Positions 11,739 to 23,333 of a stretch of 64,000 nt of DNA are shown piece after piece. This stretch comes from Schizochytrium sp. TIO01 (taxonomy: Eukaryota > Protista > Bigyra: Labyrinthulomycetes), in the NCBI GenBank assembly GCA_004764695.1, contig SMSO01000032.1, positions 3,938,483-4,002,482 on the forward strand, in the 5' to 3' direction. Position 1 is the first letter of the stretch. The number at the start of each line of letters is the position of its first letter. The notes beneath the pieces are model-generated. The model had not been told where the DNA came from. It was given only the letters and a program-made list of their open reading frames with translations, and did not search any database. Position numbers and translations under genes: made by a program.

Positions 11739-12703
11739 TTTCTATCGAGCATGATTGCTTTTATTCATTCTATTCTTAGACTCTTCAAAACTACCCACCT
11801 GCAAAAGAATCTACACTCCATGATTGTCTGCTTGATGAATGCAAGATTGCATTACTGCGTCAACGATTTTGCCGTGTGCTCGCTCGACATGACCCTTTTA
11901 GAGTTGGACGGCTCGGCTTTGTAGCTCTGTTTTAAACTCGACTTGCATGTGTCCTTGTATGCTTGTTTGCACACATACATTTTCCCTTGTGTACATGCCT
12001 GGTTGTTTTCATCCAGCCTATTTTCCTTAAAACTCCCCCGTCCTCCCTCTATGAACAATTCTTGACAGCAGCCTCGCAAGACGCTTGGGTTGTATTGGGA
12101 TCAAAACTTAGATCCTATCACTCAAGAATTACGTCTTCAAGGCAAGCTGCACTCATTCGTTTGTTGCATTAATGTACGAAATTCTCCAAATCTGTTTTAC
12201 TCTCCTCCTTGAATAGATATTGGCCATTTCAGTTATAAAGTTGGATCTCGCTCCCATCCATCGTTGAACATGATTATTTGATACCTTGAAAGAGCAGTCT
12301 ACTGAGGTACCTAAGGTATAACAAGTCTTTGTTAGAACGCTTGGAGACGAGGTGGCGAAGTATGCAGTTTTCAAAATTCAAAATTAATATATAATAACAT
12401 CCCTTTAAAAAAGCAAAATTGATGAAAACAACAACTGTTTTAAACATATTATCATCGGTGTGTACAATATTGCATACCATGTTCATGGAATATCCTTCGT
12501 ACGAATCTGCATATCAGTTATTACATATGCAGGGAAACCTCACCCTCTCAATGTACGGTTAATTTACAAGGGGTGGGCAGATACCCGATGAGCTCGAACA
12601 ACGATACAATAACCCACATCTTGGAATTTCACTTCTTCGTAATTACTTTTACCAAGCTTGACTTAAAATGTGCTGTGATACTCCTTGTTTTGTAGTACCT
12701 CGC

Positions 12704-14287
12704 TTATTCGTCATCATCGTCTTCAGATGTCTTAGCCAAGAATGCATTCAATTTCGCAAAACGATTAGGAGCTAATGCAACCGGTCTATCTTCATCAGGA
12801 TCTACTAGGTTTTCATGTTTTGGCTCGACCAGATTTGCAGCGTGATCAAATTCTGTCTGCCGCGCTGGTGTATTTTCTGTGCTTTTAGCGTCAGACTGAC
12901 TGCCGAACGATGTGCCCGTTGTCTGGCTGTTTTCAGCACATGCTTCATCAGGGCTCTCTGACGATATTTTCAAACGGAGTGCACGCAATTTTGAAAAGCG
13001 GGAGTCCTCGATGATGTGTTCGGATTTTGCAGGGGCCACTGGGGACTTACGGGGCGCTTCTTCATGAACAACGAGAATTCGATTTTCAATATTTGGCGGT
13101 GCAGGCTCAAGAGCCTGGAGAAATTCGGGCACCACTCTATTTCTACGATCAACAAAAGGAATGGATTTTAGATTGCTTTTCTTCATTGCGTACTTTGGTA
13201 AGTGAACAAACTTCTCAACCCAGTCATCTGCATCTTCCTGAGTTTCGCATCGAAGCGTATATGTCATCCCAAGAGTAAACAATTTAAACGCCGGAACTCC
13301 GTCAAGGTGGGCAGAGGTGACCTTAAAGGCCTCAAGCGATATCCGGCGAGGTCCTTTGCCCTGTTCAAAAGCCTCTTTAGTCTCATAGTAGTACAAATCC
13401 TTCGTGAGGACGAAGTGCCGGGTGTACCAGCGATCTTCAAACGTCTGTGAGCGCTTATGAAGAACACCCTCTTTTACAATTTCGTATTGGAGATTAGGAA
13501 GGCGTGTACAAGGGTTGACTCGTCGAGTCCACTCTTCTTTCCAATTCGTTTCGTCGTAGTCAGTGACTGTAGAGGATGCAGTTGATGCTCTTCGATCCAC
13601 TTTATGAGAGAAATTAATAGCATCTTGCTCATTAACATCAGCACCATCAACTTTCGCGCCAATTTGTTTTCGTTCGGTCGCACCATTGCCCCTACTCGTA
13701 TGTAAATCTTTGTCTTCTAATTCAGATTCGTCTCCGGCTTCAGAATCTTCTGCGCCAGTGTCTTCACCATCAGTGTACTCGTACTCCCCGTCCTTTGTTT
13801 CTTCTTCATTTCCATCAAGATCAATATGCTCAGATCGACCATGCTTACAGGCCTCAAGGATGCAATCGTGCCATTCGAGAAGATCTGCCGGATTCTCTGC
13901 AGTCAAGAATAATTCCTTTGTACTCCCAGGGAAGGGGACCACCACAAGCCCCTGCTCGTCTGCGATAGTCTCCACAACAGAGTTTGGATTTAAACGAATC
14001 AAACCCTTGGGGCTCTTGTCATTTTCGTTCTCGAAGTATGCCAAGGTTGAGTCTTCAAGAACAAAGTACCTTCTCAGTGACCGCTTGTACGCAACAAAGT
14101 TAGGGAAGAAGCCATACTGTTTTCGAGGGCTCGCTCGTAAGCTAGCACGTCCCTTGGACATCGGGGCTTTGATGAGGTACCCTTTCTTGACAATGTCCTT
14201 CTTTGCATGACGCTGGGAGTGAGAAAGTTTTGGCGAGATCGCCCCATGATCAACACCGGTAGATAGTTGTTGAGTTGTTGTCTCCAT
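12704..14287 (-). CDS. Tandem PH-domain protein
   Basis: PH1 VKKGYLIK...RRYFVLEDSTLAYFE...PKGLIRL...LLEWHDCI; PH2 VKEGVLHKR...RHFVL...ADDWVEK; first ATG at 14287. Confidence 0.85.
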   Translation of the reverse strand: METTTQQLSTGVDHGAISPKLSHSQRHAKKDIVKKGYLIKAPMSKGRASLRASPRKQYGFFPNFVAYKRSLRRYFVLEDSTLAYFENENDKSPKGLIRLNPNSVVETIADEQGLVVVPFPGSTKELFLTAENPADLLEWHDCILEACKHGRSEHIDLDGNEEETKDGEYEYTDGEDTGAEDSEAGDESELEDKDLHTSRGNGATERKQIGAKVDGADVNEQDAINFSHKVDRRASTASSTVTDYDETNWKEEWTRRVNPCTRLPNLQYEIVKEGVLHKRSQTFEDRWYTRHFVLTKDLYYYETKEAFEQGKGPRRISLEAFKVTSAHLDGVPAFKLFTLGMTYTLRCETQEDADDWVEKFVHLPKYAMKKSNLKSIPFVDRRNRVVPEFLQALEPAPPNIENRILVVHEEAPRKSPVAPAKSEHIIEDSRFSKLRALRLKISSESPDEACAENSQTTGTSFGSQSDAKSTENTPARQTEFDHAANLVEPKHENLVDPDEDRPVALAPNRFAKLNAFLAKTSEDDDDE

Positions 14288-16161
14288 TCTCAGCTTCAAC
14301 GTGGTAAATATTATGAATTTGCCAAACTCCTTGATAGGTATCTGTGAGAGTTTGGCAATGCGAGCTGATTAACGCTGGCTTGCAAACACCTTTGGCAGGC
14401 GGCCCTTATGTAGCCAGACTACCTTGTACGTCTCTCCAGCCTGTTTCAGTACACGCCAGCGTCAAAGCCGCCGCGGCGCTTGAACAGTGAACAGAAGAGA
14501 CTGAGAAAGTGAATAGCTTCTTTCTAAAACCGTGCCTTTGAAAAAGTTGATTTTCTTTAACAGAGAACACGTTCTATTAATCAAACTCTCAACACTACAT
14601 ATTTACCGAATTACTATAAATCCCGCCTTAGATTTCCAAATCAAACAGAAAGAAATGAGTGCGGGGTTGCGTTGAAGTAGAATAATGAAGTAACCATCGC
14701 TTTGCCAGAAAGCGTTTTCTTTCTTTCTTTTCTTAAATTATGTAATATAATTTTAATTAAAAAAATTAATTAGAAAAAATAGTGCACAGGCTGATAGCCT
14801 GCGCGCTATTCTCAATCAAAAACCTATCACGGCCCAGCCAGCAACTAAATCCACCAGCCAGCGCAGCATTGAGAATGTCTTGTTACGTCCGAGTGCTTAG
14901 AATTGCATATGTCTATCATAAATGCGCTTCTAAATTCGGTTCCCTTGATGCTATAAAGCAGAACACTCTCCGCGTTCTACGTAGAACATTCTACTAAGTA
15001 GTATTAGTGGCCAGCATTACATGCTGAAGTTCCGTTACGACAATACCTCTTTAAGGGTAGTCTGGAACACCAACTCTTTTCTTTTTGTCTTTACAGTTAA
15101 TCATAAATGTAAATGTTTAGGTAATTATTACGAGTCGTGACTTTGCTTGCAAACTTGTGATAAAGAGATTAATAGCTATCTATTTGTCCTACTTAAATGT
15201 ACATTGTTTATCATTGAAGGGGGGTTGCTAAAACATGTTGATGCCCATATTAATTTCCTTTTTGCGGAGCCTCTCTAATAAAAGTTTTCGGGTTTGGATG
15301 ACCTTTCGGACCCTAAGGGCACATTATGAAAGTTAAATTTAACAATATAAAGATGTAAATGTGAGGCTTATTTCCTTTTAACTGGCTCGACGCTTCACAT
15401 TTTCTATCAAGTATTGCATCCAGAATGGCTTTGTTTGCTGCCTTTTATATGCCAGCCGAGTTCATTTTCGCCGCCGAGTTTACTTGAGATGAATTTCATC
15501 ACTCGAACTGTGCTTCCCGCCTAGTACTTAAAAAGTGTACCCAGCAATCCACTCAGAAAGACCACTATCACTGTTGCGATGCGGCCGCTCCTAAAGAGAC
15601 CGCCAGCCTGGATAATGAGTAAATGATATTTTCTGGTAGACAAAATGGCTAAAAAGAGATAATTCCTTTCTATGTTCACATTTGTTTTTAACCTTTTCGT
15701 TCTTTGGGATTTTCTTGTTATTTTTGTTTCTCTTGAAAGAAGCAGTGACATCTCAATTTATCGAGGGCTTGTACCTCCGAGGAGCTCCTGCAAAACCTGA
15801 TCATCGCTCCGAAACCGAGGCAGACTCCTCGGAACTTCATTCGAGACGCCAGCCCTACTTTCTGTTGAAGGGAAAGACGCGACGGCTGGTGTGGGCCTGT
15901 TGGCTTGAGCTCAACGAGATTCTTTGAAGAGACGTGTGAAGGTTCGCGAAGTCCAACCGGTTCTTGAACCTACCTCGCTCGCGTGCATACATAAAGCAGT
16001 TTCTGCTCGGCCGAGTAGCTCATCGGGTAGTTTGCCCAAAAACCTAGTACACGCGGGCATTTTAAGAGAAATCGAATAGGCAGATACAGAACGAATCCCA
16101 GCTCAGTTTGAGTTGAGATCATTGATATATTACCGATAGAAGGAAGTCTTGAAATAGCATC

Positions 16162-18009
16162 ATGCTTGAAGGGTTGTGGACCCCGGGCCACGTTTCGCAC
16201 GTGCAAGGTGGCCAGCTCGACCAACTTTTGCGTGGCGCCAAGTGCAAGCTCGTCGTTGTAGACTGGTTCGCACCGTGGTGTGGCCCATGCCATAGAATTG
16301 CGCCAATCTATCAGCAACTCGCTGCGAGCTACCCTGGTGTGATTTTTGTTTCGGTAGATACAGAAACCATGCTCAATAAAAGTGAAATGCTCGCCATGAA
16401 GTTTGGTATTCGAGCTTTTCCTACATTTACTTTCCACATCAAAAACGCAGAAAAGGAGCGATTTTCGGGTGCAGACCCGAACAAACTTAGAAGCACTATC
16501 GACAGACTCATGGCTGTTGCTCAGGACATGCAAACCGCAGAGGATGTCCGCATGTCAATGAGTGGTAGAACTACTGCAGAACCTGCCCCGGTACAGGTCA
16601 GCAAAGAAGACATCCTTGCTGATATTGAAAAGGCTGACAAAGAAGATCCAGAACCACAAGGCGAGAAGAGTGTTAAGCTTCGTGCCAAGCGTACTACAGG
16701 TGATGTGATAGAATTATCCATGAGCGACAAGGCCTCTGCACAGCACTTGCGTAGAAAGCTGGCGCGAAACCTTGATGCAGCACCAGACACACTTCGTCTT
16801 ATTTTTCGTGGAAAGATCTTGCTTGATGGGCACACGCTTGCTTCATATGGCCTAAATGAAGATGGTCTCACTGTACACGTTGCTGTATCTAACAAGGCTG
16901 CCTCTGCGAGTTTGGGACCATCCTCGTCCTCATCTTCCGCACAGCCTTCCACTGCTACTGCTACTGCTACTGCCCCGGCTGCGGCGCCTGCAACGTCGGC
17001 CCCTCCGACACCTGCAGCACCCGGGGCTGCTGCGTTGCGAACTTGCCTGCAAAATCTTGAGAGCAAGAATGGTCGCACTCGGACTAAGGATGCTGTCCAG
17101 GTGATGTTGTTGTACGTGAAGAACATTGTGGCCCACCCTGATGACGTCAAGTACCGATCCATTCGCCAAGGGAACACCAAGTTCTCAAGTAAGATTGCTG
17201 ACTGCTCTGGAGGTCTCGACTGTATGAAAGCTCTGGGATTCGAGCACCAACAACGAAATGGCGAGCCTTATTTGGTTCTCAAAAGTGGAGAGTCCACGGA
17301 TGTGATGTCTGCGCGACAGGAAGAATTGAAACGTGTTATCGATCGTCTTGCCCCCACACCTGTAGGAAATCCTTCTTCATCTTCTACACCCTCTACTGCT
17401 CCATCCTTTGCAAACCCTATGGGAGGCATGCCAAGTGGTGCAAACCCATTTACGCCGTTCTCGCAACCTGGCAACAATTTTGCATCCATGTTTGGTGCTG
17501 GTCTCGGCGGTGGTGCCGGTGGTCTCCCCCCTGGCATGTCTATGGACATGCTTGAGCAGTTTCGCAACAATCCTCAAATGCAAAATCTGACGGCAAATAT
17601 GATGCAAACCCTCATGCAAGACCCAGCTCTCATGAATGACCTGGTTCAAGCGATGTCTTCTGGGCAAGATCCAATGACCATGATGATGTCGAATCCGCGT
17701 TTGATGCAGTCTGTGGTGGGCGCAATGGCAGATCCTTCTGTACAACAGGCTATCAGTAGTGCTATGGGTTCAGGACAGATGGGCTTTGGTGCTGGAGGAT
17801 TTCCACTTGGAGGTAACATGGGTAGCGGCGCTCCTTCTTTTGGTGCAGCACCAACTGGAGCTTCCTCCACGAATACTTCTAACACCAGTTCAACGAATGC
17901 TAGCTCCGTGTCAGCGCCAAATAACACCACCACCAGCAACAACAATGGTGCTACTCAACAAGAAGATGATGATGCACTTGATGATTTGGATGACATTTAT
18001 GCAGACTAG
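16162..18009 (+). CDS. Thioredoxin - ubiquitin-like - PUB - STI1 multidomain protein
   Basis: VVDWFAPWCGPC (Trx); RLIFRGKILLDGHTLASYGL (ubiquilin-type UBL); YVKNIVAHPDDVKYRSIR..N..F...MKALGF (PUB); Met-rich NPQM/DPALM/NPRLM repeats (STI1). Confidence 0.88.
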   Translation: MLEGLWTPGHVSHVQGGQLDQLLRGAKCKLVVVDWFAPWCGPCHRIAPIYQQLAASYPGVIFVSVDTETMLNKSEMLAMKFGIRAFPTFTFHIKNAEKERFSGADPNKLRSTIDRLMAVAQDMQTAEDVRMSMSGRTTAEPAPVQVSKEDILADIEKADKEDPEPQGEKSVKLRAKRTTGDVIELSMSDKASAQHLRRKLARNLDAAPDTLRLIFRGKILLDGHTLASYGLNEDGLTVHVAVSNKAASASLGPSSSSSSAQPSTATATATAPAAAPATSAPPTPAAPGAAALRTCLQNLESKNGRTRTKDAVQVMLLYVKNIVAHPDDVKYRSIRQGNTKFSSKIADCSGGLDCMKALGFEHQQRNGEPYLVLKSGESTDVMSARQEELKRVIDRLAPTPVGNPSSSSTPSTAPSFANPMGGMPSGANPFTPFSQPGNNFASMFGAGLGGGAGGLPPGMSMDMLEQFRNNPQMQNLTANMMQTLMQDPALMNDLVQAMSSGQDPMTMMMSNPRLMQSVVGAMADPSVQQAISSAMGSGQMGFGAGGFPLGGNMGSGAPSFGAAPTGASSTNTSNTSSTNASSVSAPNNTTTSNNNGATQQEDDDALDDLDDIYAD

Positions 18010-18199
18010 ATGTTTGCAGACGCCCAAAACACTTTGATACAACGGGGATTAAGAAGAGAATTTAGCAATAATTAGATCCAAATTTTTTTGTATGTAGACT
18101 ATTAGTTTGAATTTTCACAAAGGTGGGCAATGTTGGCGCTCATCTCGGTGTCATATCTTTTGAGCAAAATATAAAAAGGAAGAAGTTGGTGAAAATAGT

Positions 18200-18748
18200 T
18201 TATTTATTCTTAGCTTCCATGTGCTCAAGGGCCTCCTTAGCTGCTGCACGCCGCTCAGCAAGGTCAGGAAGCAGAAGATGGTTCAATAGAGTTGCGACAC
18301 TTCCAAGTAAAAAGGTCCACTTCATGGGGCAAAAGAAGACACCGCAGTATTTAATGTAGGGATCGTCCTTTTGGAGGTCATCAGGGTTCTGGCTAAGCAT
18401 ATACATGATGCAGAAGTTTTCTGCGTAATCACAGCAAGCGGCAATGATAGGAAATGTCCACTGGGGAGACTTATAGTTACGCAGCAAAAGCGTGAACATA
18501 GCGCCATACAAAAAAGGCACGACAAGGTCACCACCCAAGTAAAGACCACCGTAGTTTTTAGAATATGCCTGGCGTTGCTCCTCCGTCAAGCTCTTCATAA
18601 GGCTAATCCCTTCTTCTGGTGACCACAAAAAGCGCTCATCTAGAGTTCTTCGGAAAAGACCATTTTGTTTGCTGTTGTACAGAAGTTCTCCTGCCACTGC
18701 CAGAAGAGCAAAGCAAGAGATCAGAGCCCAAAGGGAAAGCTTGTTCAT
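18200..18748 (-). CDS. Small multi-pass membrane protein with D-x-x-E-N motif
   Basis: About 4 hydrophobic segments; motifs RQAY...D...PFLY, CDYAEN, MKW; first ATG at 18748. Confidence 0.7.
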   Translation of the reverse strand: MNKLSLWALISCFALLAVAGELLYNSKQNGLFRRTLDERFLWSPEEGISLMKSLTEEQRQAYSKNYGGLYLGGDLVVPFLYGAMFTLLLRNYKSPQWTFPIIAACCDYAENFCIMYMLSQNPDDLQKDDPYIKYCGVFFCPMKWTFLLGSVATLLNHLLLPDLAERRAAAKEALEHMEAKNK

Positions 18749-19535
18749 TTTTTGCAAATCGTGCCAAACAAGGTAAGGTGAATATAGTTTTTAGAGATTG
18801 CAAGAGCGACTAAGGAAGCAAGTAGTCAAGCAAGCAGGCAGATGGCCGTGAAGCAAGCAACGTCAACCAATCCAAGTCTGCCTCTGCAACCTGATTTTTC
18901 TGATCAACGAAAAACTTCGACCTACTGCAACGCTTTCGGAATACTCTGGCTTCTGCTCAAGCTACGCAAACTGCAAGACAATCTCAGTGCGCGACTTGCC
19001 TTCGTCTATAAGTGGGTTTCCTCGAGAATCACCAAGCCTTGCTAGGTTTCTATCCTGAGTTGTTCTACTTAGAAGGTCCTAAATATAAGGTAGGAACCTG
19101 TTCATTGTTCTCCTAATAACTAGAATTGAACGAGCAAGCGCACTCATAAAGAAGCAAGTTCACCCGCTGGGCTTCGTGAGTGTCACAAAATAAGTTGCAA
19201 TAAGAGCAGTCTTTAGTGATATGGTCTATTGCTAAGATCGTGTGGCCAGGCATAGTTTTAAAACGATAAGACTTTCTCTCTGAATGTTTTAGTGCATGAA
19301 CGGAGTCAAAATATTTAGTGATTCTTAAAGAAATCAGAGGTAATCAATAAATCGAGTTCGACTGGCTAGATATGAAGATATGAAGTAATATAGGGAGTTC
19401 AGGTCAGACAAAGCTCATGTGAAGGAGAATCATAATGATCCAAAATGCTGGTTTTATTCGGCAGAATGGTTTTCTGAGTGAGCTCCAGTAGAATAAAATT
19501 ACAAGAGACCATTTATATATTTGCCATTCTGCATT

Positions 19536-19589
19536 GAAGCAGCGCTTTAGGTATGAATTGAAGCAACTTAATACCTAAAGCGCTGCTTC
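19536..19589. repeat. Perfect 19-bp inverted repeat (hairpin), intergenic
   Basis: GAAGCAGCGCTTTAGGTAT (19536-19554) and ATACCTAAAGCGCTGCTTC (19571-19589), 16-nt spacer. Confidence 0.92.
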
Positions 19590-21731
19590 GTTAAAGAGCA
19601 GTAGAAGTTTATACATTGACTTAAAAAAAAAAAAATCTCAACAAAAACCTAACAGCTCATTTAAGTGTATATTGAATCCCATGGCAACTTAAATTTCACG
19701 TCCAATATTTAATGACGATTAGAGTAAGCTTGTGGAGATGAGTTGATAAGATAATCAATCCTAAAACCACATGAATAAATTCCCATCTGTTTTCCTCTTC
19801 TATGCAACGTAAATTGGTTTGTATTATAGATATGAAATAAGTTCTTGTCAACTGAGATATTGGCATCAAGAGTCGGGCGTGCATAAAAATATCGGACCTG
19901 ATGTGCATGACTTACCTAGCAATCCGCTAATCCCTATTATGAACTTCAAGATATAATATTATCTCGGTTTTGTGGAACATGAAGAAAAATGCTGTATGTG
20001 AATAGCTCCAGAGGTTTTCACGGAGAACCTCAACTGTCATGTCTGGCCCTGGCTACCCCCAACCCGCAAGGTTCGTACGCACCTTCCTACAAAATTCGTT
20101 TGGTTTTAGTTATCCCGTAGTCAAAACAACTTCTGCTAGGCACATCTTACTGTTCTGGGGTGATAGTTAAAGGACTAACAAGGACTGCGACAATCTCATA
20201 GAATGTTGATACTCTCAAAAGCTTCATCCCCACCACCTCTTTTGAATTGTATTTGTATTTTCAGTTATACCACATTTAACCGTGCCTTTAAAGGTGCAAG
20301 CTCACATGCTATGAACTGAAAATAATCTGAGAGTGCTTTTTGCTGAAATAAATTTAGCGGCGAAATATATACTAAAATGGTAGATAACTGAGAGCGCTCT
20401 CAAGAAAATGCAAGAAGCTCTCAATCAATACTCTAATGTGCTACAAGAGGAAACGGTGGCAGTTATTATTTTCTCCGTTTACTCTTATGCCAATCTTAAC
20501 CTATCAGGGAGGTACAACGCTCTTAATAATTGTTCTGCAATATAGCATACCTGTCACTTCAAAGGAAGGAAGACTATTTAGCCAGAGCTCACAGCATATG
20601 CTTTCCCGTGGCTGGCCATCAGACAGAATAATTAGCACCTCCATCCGTTGCATATCTAATGAAAAGAGAATTTTGAATTGGCTCCGCAAACCTATTTGAA
20701 TATATCAAACCACGAACTTTTACAGATTTTACCACTTTGTTCTTATTCGCTTGTTTAAGTGTGTCATTCATTCAATCAGTGATCAATCATAAATTTGAAG
20801 AGCGTCACATTACTCCCCTCTCGCAATGTAAATTCTTGCAAGCGCCACTTCAGCGAAAAAGAGTCGTGCTTGAACACCAGCCACTTTGAAGTCTTGCTTG
20901 GTTATGTTCACGGTTCTTCTAGTTTCACTCCGAGTCCTTTACCTTATAAAGCAATCGTAGCGAGTATTTCACCTAATTACTCGTAATAAGGACATTAACG
21001 CAACATCATGAATGATGAGGAAAAGCAGCAATAACTTAACGCCGAGCGCGCTTGTTACGGCCAAGCGCTCCCTGCGTCTGTTCGGCGGTTGGGGAGTCGA
21101 ACTACCCGGTACGCGCAGTGGTTCCCCTTCTTCTCCTGCCCGTCCATCCTCTGATTAGCCGTCGCGAGCGCGCTTCGACAGCATCGCGGAAACTCTCTCA
21201 TTCTTTCTCCTTCTCCTTCTCAGCTTTTCCTGCGCTCCCATAAAAAAGATAAAGAAAGAAATACTTTACTCGAAAAAGAATAAAAGGAAAGGAAAGAAGA
21301 AAAGCAAGACAATAACAATCGAGTTGACTAGTTTATAATCCCTCGCAGCGCCTGATTCACTCAGTTTCTCTGATAGCGCTTGGTGGCTGCCACGACTGTT
21401 TGCTCTACCTGGTGACCGTTCTGAGTTTGTTGTTGTCAAGGCTCGGCTGTGTTTAGTTCGAGGACAGTACCTAGTAATTACTCTCTGCAGGGGCTGGAAA
21501 CTTAGGTCTAAAAAGCAAGTAGAGGGCTCGTTTACGAACGTGTGTATAGAGATTGTTGCGGGGTTGCACACAAGCCCAGGTTAGTTTTGTGCGCTGTTGC
21601 GCTCACGAGAACTTGACAAGAGTCTTTGGTATTGCATAAAGAAAACTTCTTCGCGTCTCGTACCGCAAAAATACTTTAGGTGGATTGTTGGAGAACGTAA
21701 GCGCCACCGAAGGTTGAAGCGAGAGAGTAAA

Positions 21732-22676
21732 ATGTTTCGACGGTCCCTTTCACGCCGGCAGCAGCAAAGGCGGAGTAATCCAGGTAGGCAATACTTCTGT
21801 CATTCGTGCATGCAGGTGGTAGACGTATCTCATGATGTCGAATCCGGTGAGATTGCGTGCTTGATTTGCCAAGGCAGCTTTGTAGAAGAACTGGATCCTC
21901 GCGAAAGCTTATCTCACGTGGTCCTAGCTGATGATAATGGCGAGGAAGATGACGGGGAAGATGAAGATTTCGATTTTGAGGACTTTTTGCGATCAGTTTC
22001 TCGTCAGAGACGTAGGATTCAGGGGGAGGATGAAATGCGCAATGCTATGGTGGATCTTTTTCAAAGTGCAAGATCCCGGGAACCAAGAGGAGCTCGAGGA
22101 AGTCCAATATTTCCTGGGTCCATATTTGGAACTCTAATGGGCATTGGCACTCTTGGTAACCCTGGAGATTATGCTAGCAATAACGCGGATTATCAGGCAA
22201 TTCTTTCACGTCTCTTGGGTGCTGATGCTGGTGGCGGTCCTACTCCTACTGCCCGGTCTGCTTTTGAAGCCATGCCACGCAAACTAATGACTGAGGATGA
22301 CCTTGAATCCGGAGAGAGTGAATGTGTAGTATGCCAAGAGGATTTCAAGGTTAGAGATAACTATGTAGAACTCCCTTGTAAACACCGTTTCCATGAAGAA
22401 TGTATAAAGCCCTGGCTTGACAGTAACAACACATGTCCAACTTGTCGCTACAAGCTTCCCGTGGAAGGTGGTGATGGTGACGCATCGAGTGCTAGCGGTT
22501 CAGCATCTTCTGATCAAGCGGGTGCTCGAAGCAGTGGGAATAATCGGGTTCACCGATTCTCCATTGGTATTCTGCGACCTCGCAATCGACGTTCCCAGCT
22601 TCAAGACTCCGCATCATCTTCGTCATCTTCGTCACGCCGAACTCGGTCCTCGCACAGCCGGTTTGGGCTCCCGTAG
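21732..22676 (+). CDS. RNF115/RNF126-like RING-H2 E3 ubiquitin ligase
   Basis: N-terminal zinc ribbon YFCHSC...CLICQGSFVEE, GNPGDY motif, RING-H2 CVVCQEDF...LPCKHRFHEECIKPWL...TCPTCR; first ATG at 21732. Confidence 0.9.
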   Translation: MFRRSLSRRQQQRRSNPGRQYFCHSCMQVVDVSHDVESGEIACLICQGSFVEELDPRESLSHVVLADDNGEEDDGEDEDFDFEDFLRSVSRQRRRIQGEDEMRNAMVDLFQSARSREPRGARGSPIFPGSIFGTLMGIGTLGNPGDYASNNADYQAILSRLLGADAGGGPTPTARSAFEAMPRKLMTEDDLESGESECVVCQEDFKVRDNYVELPCKHRFHEECIKPWLDSNNTCPTCRYKLPVEGGDGDASSASGSASSDQAGARSSGNNRVHRFSIGILRPRNRRSQLQDSASSSSSSSRRTRSSHSRFGLP

Positions 22677-23333
22677 ATTAACTTAGTTTTGCTTGCTTTG
22701 CGATACCGTTTGGGTTGTCGGGATCTTGTTATTGATGTTAGTCAAGTTCATTTCTCTGTTGACCTTTTTCATGCCTTGTCAATTGGTCCTGCAATTACTC
22801 ATCCAAGTGACCAAAAGAAGATATAGTCATCTTAAGCACATCATATAGTGGATCGAAGTTATTTTTCTAGGGTGTCTATGGGTTTGGCACTTCGCGCAAA
22901 CAACTGACTGGATACAAGATACGTGGTTTCAAACACTGTCCGACGCCCCAAATGTTACTCAATCAATGAGTTTTGTTGTTTTTTACATTTTTTTTCTCAA
23001 TCTCATGTTCCGCTCGTCTTTTAAAAACAAGCAAGCTGCACTTTAAACTTCAAGCTTAATACGAGAACACCCTTTTTTTAAAAGTCAAGTTAGTTTAATC
23101 GTCAAGGACAGCGAGCAAGAGTCGTCAACCAAAGCTTTGTTTTTGAAAGGTTGCCCAAAGGGTCAGTGGAGTGAGCGATATTTGTTTAATCTTGATAATA
23201 GACTTTACATATAATTCAGTTACTTTTATCATCGTTCTATCATAATTAAAATCGTGGAGGTGTTGTTCTGCAATGGCTATCGATCAAGCGCACACGAGAA
23301 ATTAAATTCTCCTATCGAATCAGAGCTCGATGA

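Noticed and set aside
20389-20402. 14-bp palindrome TGAGAGCGCTCTCA
   Set aside because: Palindromes of this length are expected a few times by chance in 64 kb
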